Shown in pieces: positions 50,069-62,196 of a DNA stretch of 64,000 nt. How positions within the stretch are numbered: the stretch's first letter is position 1; each line of letters starts with the position of its first letter. A program made the position numbers and the translations under genes. Origin of the DNA: Thermodesulfobacteriota bacterium (lineage in GTDB: Bacteria > Desulfobacterota > Binatia > Bin18); NCBI GenBank assembly GCA_964291405.2, contig OZ219926.1, forward strand, positions 992,001-1,056,000. Direction: 5' to 3'. The notes beneath the pieces were generated by a model, which was given only the letters and a program-made list of their open reading frames with translations, was not told the origin of the DNA and ran no database searches.

Positions 50069-52783
50069 CTAGGCAACAACGAAGTTCACCAGTCGCCCCG
50101 GTACGACGATTTCGCGCCGGATGGTCTTGCCCGCTAAATACGTGGCCACCTTGTCCTGCTTCCTCGCCGCGTCCAGGACCGTTTCCTTATCCGCGTCAAC
50201 GGCCAGCTCAATGGTCGCCCGGAATTTTCCGTTGACCTGGACCGCGACCGTAACGGTCTCATCCTGAACGAGCTCCGGGTCGTACAACGGCCAGGTTTCG
50301 TACGTCAGCGTCTCCGCGTGCCCCAGACGCTGCCACAATTCTTCGCCCAGATGGGGCGCAAAGGGAGCGAGCAAAAGCACAAATCCCTCGGCCAGCACCC
50401 GCGGCAGGCGCGGGGCCTTTTGCGCGTCGTTCACAAACATCATCAGGGCGCTCAAAGCGGTGTGGAAGCGCATGCCTTCGATGTCTTCCGTGACTTTTTT
50501 GACCGTTTTATGAAAGAGGCGGGTGAGCGCAGCGTCGGGCTGGGGTTCCACGTCGGCAATAGCCGGGCGCAGGTCGCCGGAGTCGGCCACCATCAGCGAC
50601 CAGGCCCGATGCAGGAAGCGATACACGCCGGCAACCGAGCGCGTATTCCAGGGTTTGACCTGCTCCAGCGGTCCCATAAACATCTCATAGCAGCGCAACG
50701 CATCGGCCCCATACTCCGCGATTACGGCATCGGGATTTATCACATTGCCCCGTGATTTCGACATTTTGTCGGTTTGGGGCTCCAGTTCCAGGTCCGTATC
50801 ATCCGGGTGATAGGGCTTTTCGTCGCGCCATACCACCCGGTCTACCGGAACGTATGCCACACTGAGCTGTGTTGTCGGCTCTGCCCTGAGTGCGTACTCG
50901 GCTTCCTCGCTACCGTCCCGAGTGATCTTCTCAACGTCCTGAACCGCATAACGCTGTCCCTGCTCGTCCTGGTAATAGCGGTAACTGAATCCCAGAATCA
51001 TGCCTTGATTAACCAAACGCTGAAAGGGTTCGGGCGTGGACACGAGGCCGCAGTCATGCAGGACGTGGTGCCAGAAGCGGGCATACAATAAGTGCAGCAC
51101 GGCGTGCTCCACGCCCCCGACGTATAAATCTACCGGCATCCAGTACTGTTCGGCCTCCTCACCCCACGGCTTGTCCGTATTCTGCGGGTCCAGGAAGCGC
51201 AGAAAATACCAACAGCTCCCAGCCCACTGGGGCATGGTATTGGTTTCCCGCAACGCCGGCTGACCCGAGGCCGGTTCGGTCGTCTCCACCCAGTCCTGCG
51301 CGGCGGCCAGCGGCGGCTCGCCCGTTCCGGTTGGGCGGAAACTCTCGACTTCGGGCAGGAGCACGGGCAAATCCTGCGGCGCGACCGGCTGGGGCTGTCC
51401 GTCTACGTGGAGAACAGGAAACGGCTCGCCCCAATAGCGCTGGCGGCTGAACAGCCAGTCCCGGAGCTTATAGTTCACCGTGCCTTCGCCGTGGCCGTTT
51501 TCCTCCAGCCAGGTCTGCATCTTTTTCTTGGCCTGGGCCACATCGAGGCCGTCTAAAAAGTCTGAGTTCACATGGGGCCCGTCTCCGATATAGGCTCCGG
51601 TTTCCATATCCCCACCCTGGACCACTTCGACAATCGGGATGTCGAACTGGCGGGCAAACTCCCAGTCTCGCTCGTCTCCGCCCGGCACGGCCATAATCGC
51701 CCCGGTTCCATAGGTGAACAGGACATAGTCGGCGACCCAAATCGGAATCGGCTCGCCATTGACGGGATTCAGGGCATAGCCGCCGGTGTTGACCCCGGTC
51801 TTTTCTTTCAGCAGTTCCGTGCGGGCCAAGTCGGACTTGCGCAGTGCCTCTTCTCTATACGCCTCGACCGCGGCCCGATTGTCCGGGGTGGTGATGCGCT
51901 CAACCAAGGGATGTTCCGGGGCCAGAACACAATAGGTCGCGCCAAACAGCGTATCCGGGCGCGTAGTGAACACATCGAAAAAGGCGTCTGCTTCCGCAAA
52001 CGGAGACCCATCGCCGCGACACAGTTGGAAACGAATGCGGGCGCCCTCACTCCGCCCGATCCAGTTGCGCTGCATTTCCTTGACATTTTCCGGCCAATCG
52101 AGGTCGTCGAGTCCGGCGAGCAGCCGTTCCGCATAGGCCGTAATCCGGAGCATCCACTGCCGCATGGGCTTGCGGATAACTTCATGTCCGCCGCGCTCAC
52201 TCTTGCCGTCAATGACCTCTTCGTTGGCCAGGACCGTACCCAGGGCCGGGCACCAATTGACCGGCACCTCTGCTATATAGGCCAGACCGCGCTCGTACAG
52301 TTTGAGGAAAATCCATTGCGTCCAGCGATAGTAGTCGGGATCACAGGTCGAAATCTCCCGGTCCCAATCGTAGGAAAAGCCCAAGGATTGGATTTGACGC
52401 CGAAAAGTCGTGATATTGTCAGCCGTTGTCTCACGGGGGTGCGTACCCGTCTCAATCGCATATTGCTCCGCGGGCAGTCCGAACGCGTCCCAGCCCATGG
52501 GATGCAGGACGTTCAATCCCCGCATGCGCTTATAACGGGCCAGGATATCGGTTGCGGTATAGCCCTCGGGATGCCCGACGTGCAGTCCGGCGGCACTCGG
52601 ATACGGGAACATATCCAGGATGTAGTATTTTTGCTTCCGACGGTCGATCTCGGCGCGGAAGGTTTTCTGTTCATGCCAATAGCGCTGCCATTTCGGCTCG
52701 ATGACACTTGGCTGGTAGCGTACTTTACCGCTCGGAGGCGCTTCCGCCGTGGCTCCGTTGGGCTGCTTATTCGAGAGACTCAT
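50069..52783 (-). CDS. leuS: Leucine--tRNA ligase
   Basis: MFPYPS..GLHVGH, FTTRPDT, KMSKS. Confidence 0.97.
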   Translation of the reverse strand: MSLSNKQPNGATAEAPPSGKVRYQPSVIEPKWQRYWHEQKTFRAEIDRRKQKYYILDMFPYPSAAGLHVGHPEGYTATDILARYKRMRGLNVLHPMGWDAFGLPAEQYAIETGTHPRETTADNITTFRRQIQSLGFSYDWDREISTCDPDYYRWTQWIFLKLYERGLAYIAEVPVNWCPALGTVLANEEVIDGKSERGGHEVIRKPMRQWMLRITAYAERLLAGLDDLDWPENVKEMQRNWIGRSEGARIRFQLCRGDGSPFAEADAFFDVFTTRPDTLFGATYCVLAPEHPLVERITTPDNRAAVEAYREEALRKSDLARTELLKEKTGVNTGGYALNPVNGEPIPIWVADYVLFTYGTGAIMAVPGGDERDWEFARQFDIPIVEVVQGGDMETGAYIGDGPHVNSDFLDGLDVAQAKKKMQTWLEENGHGEGTVNYKLRDWLFSRQRYWGEPFPVLHVDGQPQPVAPQDLPVLLPEVESFRPTGTGEPPLAAAQDWVETTEPASGQPALRETNTMPQWAGSCWYFLRFLDPQNTDKPWGEEAEQYWMPVDLYVGGVEHAVLHLLYARFWHHVLHDCGLVSTPEPFQRLVNQGMILGFSYRYYQDEQGQRYAVQDVEKITRDGSEEAEYALRAEPTTQLSVAYVPVDRVVWRDEKPYHPDDTDLELEPQTDKMSKSRGNVINPDAVIAEYGADALRCYEMFMGPLEQVKPWNTRSVAGVYRFLHRAWSLMVADSGDLRPAIADVEPQPDAALTRLFHKTVKKVTEDIEGMRFHTALSALMMFVNDAQKAPRLPRVLAEGFVLLLAPFAPHLGEELWQRLGHAETLTYETWPLYDPELVQDETVTVAVQVNGKFRATIELAVDADKETVLDAARKQDKVATYLAGKTIRREIVVPGRLVNFVVA

Positions 52784-53210
52784 GAGGCTGTACTTTCTTC
52801 CCGACAACGCGCGCGATCCGATCCAGCACGCCGTTGACAAAGGTCGGCGCGTCGTCACTACAGTAGCGGCGAGCAATTTCAATTGCTTCGTTAATCGTCA
52901 CCCCCGCGGATAAGTCGGGGTAGGCTGCCAATTCATACGCCCCGAGGCGGAGCAGATTCAAATCCACCTTGGGCAAGCGACCGATTCGCCAGTGCTCGGC
53001 GGCCGCGGCGATCATGCTGTCAAGCTGACGCCGCTCGCGCCACGTCCCGTTCACCAAATCCGCGGTAAATCCCCGGACCTCGGTCGCCTGGGTAAAGCAC
53101 TGCTCAAAAAGCGCCAGCGCCTGCTGTGGAGCCACCCCGCTGATATCAATCTGGTAGAGGACTTGGAGGGCATATTCACGCTCCTGGCGTCGAGTTCCAC
53201 GGGCTGCCAT
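52767..53210 (-). CDS. nusB: Transcription antitermination factor NusB
   Basis: [23 protein letters not shown]. Confidence 0.94.
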   Translation of the reverse strand: MAARGTRRQEREYALQVLYQIDISGVAPQQALALFEQCFTQATEVRGFTADLVNGTWRERRQLDSMIAAAAEHWRIGRLPKVDLNLLRLGAYELAAYPDLSAGVTINEAIEIARRYCSDDAPTFVNGVLDRIARVVGKKVQPHESLE

Positions 53211-53217
53211 ATGACAC

Positions 53218-53694
53218 TTACTCGATTTCCTGTAACGCCCCGAGGGCGTTGACCATCTCAATAGCGGACAGGGCCGCTTCCCAGCCCTTATTCCCAAGTT
53301 TTGCTCCGGCCCGGTCAAGCGCCTGCTCAACGGAGTCCGTGGTCAGCACCCCAAATGTCACGGGCACGCCGGAGGAGAGCATAATTTCTTTAATGCCCTG
53401 CGTCATGGCCGCCGCAATATAATCGAAGTGCGGCGTCTCACCCTTGATGACCGCCCCAACACAGACCACCGCCTCGTAGCGGCCGCTGGTTGCCATCCGC
53501 TTCGCAAACAGGGGGATGTCAAACGCCCCCGGAACCAACACCACATCAATGTCTTCGTCCCGCGCCCCATGCCGGCAGAAGGCGTCAATGGCACCCGCCT
53601 GTAAGCGCTCGGTGATCAGACTATTGAACTGCGACACGACGACGCCGAACCGCATCCCCGTCGCATCCAGCTTGCCAGTAATGACTCGGGCCAT
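53218..53694 (-). CDS. ribH: 6,7-dimethyl-8-ribityllumazine synthase
   Basis: VPGAF, GETPHFDY, GNKG.EAA. Confidence 0.96.
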   Translation of the reverse strand: MARVITGKLDATGMRFGVVVSQFNSLITERLQAGAIDAFCRHGARDEDIDVVLVPGAFDIPLFAKRMATSGRYEAVVCVGAVIKGETPHFDYIAAAMTQGIKEIMLSSGVPVTFGVLTTDSVEQALDRAGAKLGNKGWEAALSAIEMVNALGALQEIE

Positions 53695-53725
53695 AGCTTC
53701 CCCTCTTCACGCAGTGATCACAGCC

Positions 53726-54949
53726 TTAGAGCAAGGGTTTGAGCTCAGAGAACAAATGCCCCAGTTTTTCCTTCTTGACCTGGAGATAGTGAATATTTCC
53801 TTTGTGGGGGGGCGTCTCAATGGGCTGGCGTTCAACCACGTTCACCCCGTATTCTTCGAGCCCGCTTATTTTCTGCGGATTATTCGTCAGCAAACGCACC
53901 TGCGAGACGCGCAGGTCGCGGAGAATCTGGGCGCCAATGCCATAATCCCGGAGATCGTCCTCAAAGCCAAGGTGGAGGTTGGCCTCAACCGTGTCCATGC
54001 CTTTATCCTGGAGGGCGTAGGCCCGGATCTTATTGGCCAGTCCGATCCCCCGCCCCTCTTGCTGCAGATAGATCACGACCCCGCGGCCTTCCTCTGCAAT
54101 GCACTCCATGGCATGCGTGAGCTGGTCTCCGCAGTCACACCGTTCCGAACCAAACACATCGCCGGTGAGACACTGCGAATGGACGCGGACCGTGACGGGT
54201 TCCCGAGTCGTAATCCGCCCTTTGACCAGGGCAATATGTTCGTGGCTATCGACTTCGGTGCGGTAGACAATGGCTAAAAACTGCCCCCCAAACGGACTCG
54301 TGATTTCTCCCTCACCTACCCGGTGAATGACGGATTCCGTCCGGAGGCGATAGGTGGTCAGGCTGGCTATGCTCACAATCGGTAGGGCGTGCTCTTGCGC
54401 AAAGGCTTCAATTTCCTGGCCCTGGGCAATATCACCATCGTCGCGGAGAATCGTACACAGGGTTGCCGCCGGCTTGAGATCAGCCAGTCGGGCCAGATCA
54501 ATGCCGGCTTCAGATAAGCCGCGTCGCGCCAACACCCCGCCCCGGTGCGCAAAGAGCGGAAAAATATGACCCGGCATCACCAGGTCGGCCGGACGGGCGT
54601 CATCGCGGACCGCCGTTGTGATCGTCACCGCGCGATCATAGGCCGATATCCCGGTTGTCACGCCGCGGCGGGCTTCAATCGAGGCTCCAAAGACCCGTTG
54701 ACGGCTCCCTTCATGCCCATGCCCGAGCATGGGAATCCCGAGCTCGCGAATTTTCTCTTCGGTCAGGGCCAGACACACCAGGCCACGACCGTGGGTGGCC
54801 ATGAAGTTGACGCCATCCGGTGTGGTCAGATCAGCCGCCAGACACAGGTCCGCTTCCCCTTCTCCAGTGTCGTTTTCAACCAGGATCACCATTTTTCCTT
54901 GGCTGAGCTGTTGGAGCGCTTCTTCTATTGGTGAGAGCGCGATTGGCAT
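53726..54949 (-). CDS. ribBA: RibBA fusion; GTP cyclohydrolase II intact, DHBP synthase motifs degenerate
   Basis: [31 protein letters not shown]. Confidence 0.9.
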   Translation of the reverse strand: MPIALSPIEEALQQLSQGKMVILVENDTGEGEADLCLAADLTTPDGVNFMATHGRGLVCLALTEEKIRELGIPMLGHGHEGSRQRVFGASIEARRGVTTGISAYDRAVTITTAVRDDARPADLVMPGHIFPLFAHRGGVLARRGLSEAGIDLARLADLKPAATLCTILRDDGDIAQGQEIEAFAQEHALPIVSIASLTTYRLRTESVIHRVGEGEITSPFGGQFLAIVYRTEVDSHEHIALVKGRITTREPVTVRVHSQCLTGDVFGSERCDCGDQLTHAMECIAEEGRGVVIYLQQEGRGIGLANKIRAYALQDKGMDTVEANLHLGFEDDLRDYGIGAQILRDLRVSQVRLLTNNPQKISGLEEYGVNVVERQPIETPPHKGNIHYLQVKKEKLGHLFSELKPLL

Positions 54950-54958
54950 AGCCCCTCC

Positions 54959-56050
54959 TTACGTCCGAATATACCCTGACACCACCACATCGTTCCCACT
55001 GCGGTCCACCTGCATTGTATGGAGTTTTATTCCCTCGGCAACCCGTCCAACTCCTAACGGGGCGAGCATGGCCCGTCCATCACCGCCCAGCAGCACGGCG
55101 CCGTAAAAAAATACGAGCTTATGCACCAGCCCTTCTTGCAGGGCGGCCGCCGCAATCTGTCCGCCCCCTTCGATCAGTACGTGCTTTGCCCCGCGCTGCG
55201 CCAGGGTTTCGAGCACCGGACGGAGCAGAATCTTCCCCCGCCTTCCGGGAAAGGCCAGGATTTCAACACCAGCCCGCTCGAACGCCGCCCCACGGAGTTG
55301 GGCGGCGCGGCGTGTTGTGGCAATCACGGTGGCGGCTTTGGAAGAGAGGTGGCACACGTGCGCCTGGGGGCTGATCCTGAGCCGTCCGTCAAGAATAACG
55401 CGCAGGGGGTCTCGCCCTCCACGGATGCGGCACGTCAGTTGGGGATCGTCGGCCAGGACCGTTTCCGCGCCGACCAGGATCGCGTCCACCTGGTTGCGCA
55501 GCTCGTGGACTTTGCGGCGTGATGCCGTTCCACTGATCCAGCGGGCGTCGCCGCTCGCCGCGGCGATGCGGCCATCAAGAGAAGCGGCCAATTTCAAGGT
55601 GACAAAGGGCAATCCGGTCTGGATCGCAACCGCAAAGTCCTCATTGGTCCGTTGGCAGCGCTCTTTGAGCACGCCGGTCGTGACCGCAATGCCGGCACGG
55701 CGCAGACGCCGAATCCCACGCCCTCTGACCTGCGGGTTGGGATCGGTCATGCCTATCACCACCCGGGCAACACCGGCCTCGATCAGAGCTTGGGCACAGG
55801 GGGGCGTTCTGCCGTAATGCGAGCACGGTTCCAGGTTGACGTAGACGGTGGCCCCACGGACCGGGCGGGTCGCTTTGCGCAGCGCTTCGATCTCGGCGTG
55901 CGGCCGTCCCGCCTGTCGATGATAGCCCTCGCCAAGGACACGACCGTCGCGGACAATAACGGCTCCCACCACGGGATTCGGACTCGTCCGCCCCTGCGCC
56001 CGCAGGGCTAAATCCACCGCGCGCTGCATAAACACTTCATCAGTGTTCAT
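54959..56050 (-). CDS. ribD: Riboflavin biosynthesis deaminase/reductase
   Basis: [26 protein letters not shown]. Confidence 0.96.
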   Translation of the reverse strand: MNTDEVFMQRAVDLALRAQGRTSPNPVVGAVIVRDGRVLGEGYHRQAGRPHAEIEALRKATRPVRGATVYVNLEPCSHYGRTPPCAQALIEAGVARVVIGMTDPNPQVRGRGIRRLRRAGIAVTTGVLKERCQRTNEDFAVAIQTGLPFVTLKLAASLDGRIAAASGDARWISGTASRRKVHELRNQVDAILVGAETVLADDPQLTCRIRGGRDPLRVILDGRLRISPQAHVCHLSSKAATVIATTRRAAQLRGAAFERAGVEILAFPGRRGKILLRPVLETLAQRGAKHVLIEGGGQIAAAALQEGLVHKLVFFYGAVLLGGDGRAMLAPLGVGRVAEGIKLHTMQVDRSGNDVVVSGYIRT

Positions 56051-56556
56051 GATTTCGTCTTTTCCGACTTTGCGCGCCGGGCCCGTTTGTCGTCGTCCGC
56101 GCTGCGTTCCCGAATGAGGTCCCTGAGCTCCGACATGAACTCGTCAATATCTTGAAAAGAGCGGTACACGGAAGAAAAGCGGACATAGGCCACCTTGTCC
56201 AGGTCGTACAAATGGCGCATGACTTCTTCGCCAATCATCGCGCCCGGGATTTCTTTCTCGCCCCGCCCCTGGAGCGTCCGCTCGATGTGATCCGCAATCT
56301 CTTCTATGGTCTCAATGCTGATCGGACGTTTTTCACACGCCTTTTTGAGGCCGGTGATCATTTTGAGCCGATCATAGGTCTCCCGTCGCCCGTCCTTCTT
56401 GACGACCAGAGGGAGAATTTCTTCAACCCGCTCATAGGTCGTGAAGCGCCGCTCGCACTCCTCGCACTCTCGCCGCCGGCGGGTGACGTCACCCTCCCGA
56501 CTTAAACGCGAATCAATGACGCGACTTTCCAGGTGGGAACAAAAAGGACACTTCAT
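56047..56556 (-). CDS. nrdR: Transcriptional repressor NrdR
   Basis: MKCPFC, RRRREC, RFTTYE, VAYVRF.SVY. Confidence 0.97.
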   Translation of the reverse strand: MKCPFCSHLESRVIDSRLSREGDVTRRRRECEECERRFTTYERVEEILPLVVKKDGRRETYDRLKMITGLKKACEKRPISIETIEEIADHIERTLQGRGEKEIPGAMIGEEVMRHLYDLDKVAYVRFSSVYRSFQDIDEFMSELRDLIRERSADDDKRARRAKSEKTKS

Positions 56557-56617
56557 ACGCTGCGGGGGGGAGCAGGGCTCACGCCATCACCTGACAATTC
56601 GTGTTCTCCGTTTCAGC

Positions 56618-57877
56618 TTAGGCAGTCCGCGCAACCCGGTGGGCATAGACGGGGAACTGCTGGCACAGCCCACGGACCTCTTCACCAATGGCGGTCAGTC
56701 CCCGCGCGTCGCCAACTCGCTGCAGAGCGCGAGCAATGAGGTCGGCAATGTGATCCATCTCGGCTTCTTTCATACCCCGACTCGTCACTGCTGGTGTGCC
56801 AATACGAACCCCGCTGGTCACAAAGGGAGAGCGCGTATCAAACGGGATCGCGTTTTTATTGACCGTAATCCGAGCCTGATCCAAGGTTTCCTGGGCCACT
56901 TTGCCGGTCAGTTCGGTCTCGCGCAGGTCGAGCAGCATCAGATGGTTCTCCGTGCCGCCCGAGACCAGGCGGAACCCGCGTCGGACGAGACTGGCGGCCA
57001 GGGCTTGCGCATTGGCGATAATCTGCTGCTGGTAGGCTCGAAACTCCGGTGTTGCCGCTTCCTTCAGCGCCACGGCCTTGGCCGCAATCACATGCATCAG
57101 CGGCCCGCCCTGGTTACCGGGAAAGACCGACGAGTTCACACTTTTGGCCAGATCCTGACGGCATAGAATCATTCCACCGCGTGGCCCGCGCAGCGTCTTA
57201 TGGGTCGTCGTCGTGACAAGATCGGCATACGGCACGGGAGAGGGGTGCAGCCCGGCAGCCACCAACCCGGCAAAGTGGGCAATATCGACCATCAACAGCG
57301 CCCCGACCTCGTCCGCGATGTCTCGAAAGGGCGCGGTGTCAATCTGGCGTGGATAGGCACTGTGTCCGGCCACGATCATCTGCGGCCGATGTTGACGCGC
57401 CAGGGCGGCAATCTCGGCGTAGTCAATACGTTGATTGTCCTCCCGGACGCCATAGGGAACGACCTGAAAGAATTTTCCGGAAAAATTGACCGGACTGCCG
57501 TGCGTGAGATGCCCGCCGTGCGATAAGTTCATGCTCAGAATGGTATCTCCGGGCTGGAGCTGAGAGAAATAGGCGGCCATATTGGCTTGGGCTCCGGAGT
57601 GCGGCTGGACATTGACGTGCTCGGCACCGAATAACGCCTTGGCGCGGTCAATGGCGATCTGTTCAACCACATCCACATACTCGCAGCCGCCGTAGTAGCG
57701 CTTCTGGGGATAGCCTTCCGCATACTTATTCGTGAGCACGGACCCCTGCGCCTCCAGCACAGCCTCGCTGACCACATTCTCTGAGGCGATGAGCTCAAGG
57801 TTGTACTCCTGGCGTTGCGTCTCCTCTTGAATGGCGGCATAGACATCAGGGTCGCGCTGGGCGAGCTGACTCGTCAT
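56618..57877 (-). CDS. glyA: Serine hydroxymethyltransferase
   Basis: [28 protein letters not shown]. Confidence 0.97.
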   Translation of the reverse strand: MTSQLAQRDPDVYAAIQEETQRQEYNLELIASENVVSEAVLEAQGSVLTNKYAEGYPQKRYYGGCEYVDVVEQIAIDRAKALFGAEHVNVQPHSGAQANMAAYFSQLQPGDTILSMNLSHGGHLTHGSPVNFSGKFFQVVPYGVREDNQRIDYAEIAALARQHRPQMIVAGHSAYPRQIDTAPFRDIADEVGALLMVDIAHFAGLVAAGLHPSPVPYADLVTTTTHKTLRGPRGGMILCRQDLAKSVNSSVFPGNQGGPLMHVIAAKAVALKEAATPEFRAYQQQIIANAQALAASLVRRGFRLVSGGTENHLMLLDLRETELTGKVAQETLDQARITVNKNAIPFDTRSPFVTSGVRIGTPAVTSRGMKEAEMDHIADLIARALQRVGDARGLTAIGEEVRGLCQQFPVYAHRVARTA

Positions 57878-58029
57878 ACCAGTGCTCCTTCCCTCCCCCG
57901 TACGGCAATGCTCACGGTCGAACCGTTCCTTTTCTCCTCATAGATACAGAAGAATCGCAGGGCTTCAGAGGGACCACTGCGATTCTTTCGGTCTGGACAC
58001 TCCTGAGCCTGTGTACGGCCAGCGGGCGG

Positions 58030-58332
58030 TTACTCCTCCTGCTTCGGCGGCTCAGGCAGAGCGGGCCTCTCCGGTCGCTCCAACTGACCCTGAGGGCTTT
58101 GGCTTTCGATATAGTCGATAACGTTCCGGACCGTCCGAATCTTTTCCGCCTGTTCGTCAGAGATCTCGGTATTATACTCTTCTTCCAGAGCCATTACGAG
58201 CTCGACGATATCCAGCGAGTCTGCGCCCAGATCTTCGATAAACGAAGAATCCAGGCTGACCTCGTCCTCACTCACACCCAATTGCTCACAGATAATTTCC
58301 TTGACGCGCGCCTCGGTCGAAGCTTCTGCCAT
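58030..58332 (-). CDS. acpP: Acyl carrier protein with C-terminal extension
   Basis: [17 protein letters not shown]. Confidence 0.93.
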   Translation of the reverse strand: MAEASTEARVKEIICEQLGVSEDEVSLDSSFIEDLGADSLDIVELVMALEEEYNTEISDEQAEKIRTVRNVIDYIESQSPQGQLERPERPALPEPPKQEE

Positions 58333-58395
58333 AGCCGTGACCTCCTCTCTCCTTTCGCTCGGCAGTATCTGAAGAGTTGGCCGAACCAACTCCAG

Positions 58396-59157
58396 TTACA
58401 TATACATGCCGCCATTGACGTTAATAATTTGTCCAGTGATATAGCCCGCTCGGGGGTTTGCCAAGAATGCTACTGTGTCGGCGACTTCCTCAACCGTTCC
58501 CCAACGGCCAGCGGGAATATGGCTCAGATATCCTGTTTTCGCCTCTTCTGGCAAGGACCTGGTCATATCGGTCTCAATAAATCCTGGGGCGACGGCATTC
58601 ACCGTGATCGACCGGGAGGCAAGCTCTTTCGCCATCGTCTTGGTAAAGCCGATGATACCGGCTTTTGCGGCTGAATAGGCCGCCTGTCCGGTATTCCCGG
58701 TTTGGGCAACCACCGATGTCAGATTAATAATCCGACCAAAACGCTGCTTCATCATGGAGCGGGTGACCGCCTTTGTACAGCGAAAGACACCGGTCAGATT
58801 GGTGTTGAGGACCGCTTCCCACTCGTCTTCCTTGAGCCGGACCAGGAGCGTATCAATCGACATGCCGGCATTGTTGACCAGAATGTCGATCTTTCCTTGC
58901 CGCTCAAGAATATCTCGTGTTGCTGTTGTGACGGCAGCGCCGTCTGCAATGTCGAATTGACAGACCTCAGCCCGTCCGTTCCGGGCCTCAATACCGGCGC
59001 GGACATCCTCAGCCGCAGCCTGATTCCTGACGTAGTTGATCACCACCGTCGCACCGTCTTGAGCCAGACGTTCCGCGACCGCACGGCCAATCCCACGTGA
59101 GGCGCCGGTCACCAGGGCGACGAGTCCGTCCAAACCGCCGCGTGCGTCCACGCTCAT
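58396..59157 (-). CDS. fabG: 3-oxoacyl-ACP reductase
   Basis: TGASRGIG, NNAG, YSAAK. Confidence 0.95.
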   Translation of the reverse strand: MSVDARGGLDGLVALVTGASRGIGRAVAERLAQDGATVVINYVRNQAAAEDVRAGIEARNGRAEVCQFDIADGAAVTTATRDILERQGKIDILVNNAGMSIDTLLVRLKEDEWEAVLNTNLTGVFRCTKAVTRSMMKQRFGRIINLTSVVAQTGNTGQAAYSAAKAGIIGFTKTMAKELASRSITVNAVAPGFIETDMTRSLPEEAKTGYLSHIPAGRWGTVEEVADTVAFLANPRAGYITGQIINVNGGMYM

Positions 59158-60095
59158 GATCGCAACCACTCCAGGCTGGTGGCCAAGCTATCGGGATCGC
59201 TGACGGAAACGCACGGGAACTTCCGATCAATGCGTTTGAACAAGCCGCTGAGGACGCGCCCCGCGCCCAGCTCAACCGCCCCCTCACAGCCGAGGTCGCG
59301 CACCCGCTGCATGCTTTCTTCCCACCGGACGGGCGCCGTGACTTGTCGGACCAGCAGGTCTTTGACCTGCTCCGAATCCCGGTTGACTTCGGCCGTGGCA
59401 TTGGCAATCACTCCAACGCTCAGAGGACGGACGGTGCTCGGTTCGAGGACGCGTGCCAGCCCATCCGCAGCCGGGGCCATGAGGGCACAGTGAAAAGGCG
59501 CACTCACCGCAAGTTCGACCGCCCGCTTTGCCCCACCTTCCTTGGCACCGGCCACGGCTCTTTGGACTGCCCCGGCATGACCGGCGATGACCACCTGATC
59601 GCCACCATTCAGATTCGCCGGAGAGACAACTTCACCCTGTGCCGCTTCCGCACACACCTCTGCGACAACCTGCTCAGACAGACCAAACAGGGCCGCCATC
59701 GCGCCCACTCCGGGCGGGACGGCCTCCTGCATCAGGCGGCCGCGTTCTCGCACGATCCGTACCGTATCGGCGAAGTCCAGCGCGCCAGCCACGACCAGGG
59801 CCGAATATTCGCCTAAACTATGACCGGCAACACAGACCGGTTGCAGGTCTCTCTCCTGGGCCAGCACACGCCAGGCGGCAACGCTGGTTGTGACAATGGC
59901 GGGCTGCGTGTTGTGGGTCAGGGTGAGGTCTTCTTCCGGCCCCTCAAAACACAGCGTGGATAACGAGAACCCCAGTGCGGCATCAGCCTCGGCAAACACC
60001 TCGGCCGCCACGGGAAACCGCTCCACCAAGGCGCGTCCCATGCCGACAGTCTGAGACCCTTGCCCAGGGAAAAGAAAGGCCAGCGGACGGCTCAT
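59154..60095 (-). CDS. fabD: Malonyl-CoA-ACP transacylase
   Basis: FPGQGSQ, GHSLGEY, SAPFH. Confidence 0.96.
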   Translation of the reverse strand: MSRPLAFLFPGQGSQTVGMGRALVERFPVAAEVFAEADAALGFSLSTLCFEGPEEDLTLTHNTQPAIVTTSVAAWRVLAQERDLQPVCVAGHSLGEYSALVVAGALDFADTVRIVRERGRLMQEAVPPGVGAMAALFGLSEQVVAEVCAEAAQGEVVSPANLNGGDQVVIAGHAGAVQRAVAGAKEGGAKRAVELAVSAPFHCALMAPAADGLARVLEPSTVRPLSVGVIANATAEVNRDSEQVKDLLVRQVTAPVRWEESMQRVRDLGCEGAVELGAGRVLSGLFKRIDRKFPCVSVSDPDSLATSLEWLRS

Positions 60096-61270
60096 TCGGT
60101 AGGCTCCGGCGGCTCCGTTTCGTCGCGGTTATCGAGCTGGTTGATTGAGCCGCTCTTGCCAGGCGCAGCGTGTGTTCCGTCCCCTGCTCCAGCGTCCTTG
60201 GTAGAGCGAAATTTCTGACGGAGTTGTGACCAGATTCTGCGCCCGCGTCCGTCCCCGGCAGTCAGCGCTTCTATGCCTGACATGTGCTGCAAACTCTCAG
60301 TGATACGCTGGTTCACTCCGCGCTGGAGCGATTCGTGGGCAACCCGGATGGCGTTCTTGATCGCCTTGGGTGAGGACGATCCGTGCGCAATAATGGTGAC
60401 GCCGTCCGTTCCCAGGAGTGGAGCGCCTCCGACTTCGTCGTAATCAATACTGGCCCGCAAATCGGCAAACGAACGCTTGAGCAGCAGAAAGGCGAGCTTC
60501 CCGCGCCAGCTTGACGAGAAGAGGGAACGGAGTTGACCTTGCGTGAAGTCATAAAATCCTTCCATCGTCTTGAGCGCGATATTCCCGGTAAATCCGTCGG
60601 TGACCGCGACGTCGACCCCGCTGCTGTTGAGCTCCCGGCCTTCAATATAACCGATGTAGTTCAGTGGCAGCCTGGAGAGGACGGCATGGGCGGCCCGCGT
60701 TGTTTCGGTCCCTTTTGAGTCTTCCTCACCATTACTCAGGACTCCAACACGAGGACTCTGAATGCCCCGCACGACCCGGGCGTAGACTTCGCCCATAATG
60801 GCGAACTGCACCAAGTGCATGGGTTTACACTCGACATTGGCCCCGGCGTCAACCAGGCAGGTACGCCCGGTGAGGGCAGGAACGGACGTGACGATAGCCG
60901 GGCGATCCACATCAGGCAGGCAGCCGAGCATGGTGACCGCCAGACCGAGGACAGCACCCGAATTCCCGGCGCTCACGACAGCACCCGCCCTTCCGTCCTT
61001 GACATGCGTAAAGGCGACCCGCAGGGATGAGTCACGCTTACGACGGAGGGCCACGACAGGAGAATCTCCCATCTCAATGACTTCGCTCGCGTGCTGGATA
61101 ACGAGCTGAGAGGACTCTCGCTGTCCGTTCCGGCGGAGCTCTTGTCGAATCTTTTCCTGATCCCCAACGAGGAATAGTGAGACCCCGTACTCCTGGGCGG
61201 CCTGGACGGCCCCGGCAACAGCGGCCTGGGGAGCGAGATCGCCCCCCATGGCATCTAGCGCGATATGCAT
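60092..61270 (-). CDS. plsX: Phosphate acyltransferase PlsX
   Basis: DAMGGD, SAGNSG, DGFTGN..LK..EG, HGSS. Confidence 0.95.
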   Translation of the reverse strand: MHIALDAMGGDLAPQAAVAGAVQAAQEYGVSLFLVGDQEKIRQELRRNGQRESSQLVIQHASEVIEMGDSPVVALRRKRDSSLRVAFTHVKDGRAGAVVSAGNSGAVLGLAVTMLGCLPDVDRPAIVTSVPALTGRTCLVDAGANVECKPMHLVQFAIMGEVYARVVRGIQSPRVGVLSNGEEDSKGTETTRAAHAVLSRLPLNYIGYIEGRELNSSGVDVAVTDGFTGNIALKTMEGFYDFTQGQLRSLFSSSWRGKLAFLLLKRSFADLRASIDYDEVGGAPLLGTDGVTIIAHGSSSPKAIKNAIRVAHESLQRGVNQRITESLQHMSGIEALTAGDGRGRRIWSQLRQKFRSTKDAGAGDGTHAAPGKSGSINQLDNRDETEPPEPTE

Positions 61271-61338
61271 GGTGGGCTGCTCACCGCCGTTCTTCCTTGG
61301 GTCAGAAAGAAATCTTCCTCAGCGCAGCGCATGGGAAG

Positions 61339-61524
61339 CTACTCTTCTTCTTCGATCGCAATCACTTGTCGCCCGCGGTAATAGCCGCAGGTGCCACAAA
61401 TACGGTGTGGTAGAACCGGGTCCCCGCACTGGGAGCAGGTCGACCACTGCGGGGCGACAAGCGCGTGGTGAGAACGACGTTGGTTGCGTTTTGACTTTGA
61501 CGTTTTGCGCTTTGGTACAGCCAT
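61339..61524 (-). CDS. rpmF: 50S ribosomal protein L32
   Basis: [10 protein letters not shown], CxxC...CxxCGYY. Confidence 0.97.
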   Translation of the reverse strand: MAVPKRKTSKSKRNQRRSHHALVAPQWSTCSQCGDPVLPHRICGTCGYYRGRQVIAIEEEE

Positions 61525-61554
61525 AACTTTCTCTTCCTTATATCAATGTGTACG

Positions 61555-62196
61555 CTAGGAGTGGGCTTTTTCCGTCTTCTGAGACGAGGCCCGCTGCGAA
61601 AGAGTGAACGTGTCCAGCATCTCACGTCTATTGGAGGACACGTTTACTCTTTTGGGCAGGCGGAGGGTCGCCAGGGCGGCGAGACGCAGGTCTGTCCATC
61701 TGGGCGGGCAGGAACACTCTTCGCTGTTGCGATTTACCCCGCACTGTTCACACAGCCCTTTACACGTTTCCTGACACAGCGGGGAACTCGGGAGCGATAA
61801 GAAAAACTGCTCTCGAACCAGGAGCGACACATCAACCCGATCTCCACTATAAAAACTGGCGGCCAAGTCTTCCTGGTTCAGTTCGGTTTCACGACCAAGC
61901 GCACCCTGCGGATCGGCCGGTAGGAGCACCCAGGAGAAGGGACGACTCAATGCCAGCGGAAACTCTTCGAGGCAACGGGCGCACTGCCCGGCCAGGTCAG
62001 CGCTGAGCGTGCCGTCAAACAAGAGGTCTTCGCCGGAACGCATATAATGCAGAGCAACCCGCAGTGGACCCGTCAATCGATACTCGCTTCCATCACGTCC
62101 CGGACGACGGCTCAGGAATCGGTTCAGCGTCTGAGCATCCTCATCAAACTGCACCGCGGTTGGGGACGAACCGATATTTTCAACGAGGATTTGCAC
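61555..62196 (-). CDS. yceD: YceD/DUF177 family protein
   Basis: CARCLEE, LC...CKGLC..CG.N; upstream of rpmF; GTG start estimated. Confidence 0.88.
   Translation of the reverse strand: MQILVENIGSSPTAVQFDEDAQTLNRFLSRRPGRDGSEYRLTGPLRVALHYMRSGEDLLFDGTLSADLAGQCARCLEEFPLALSRPFSWVLLPADPQGALGRETELNQEDLAASFYSGDRVDVSLLVREQFFLSLPSSPLCQETCKGLCEQCGVNRNSEECSCPPRWTDLRLAALATLRLPKRVNVSSNRREMLDTFTLSQRASSQKTEKAHS
61599..61652. repeat. 54-bp palindrome lying in frame inside yceD
   Basis: AAAGAGTGAACGTGTCC / GGACACGTTTACTCTTT; close to the 25243 copy. Confidence 0.88.
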
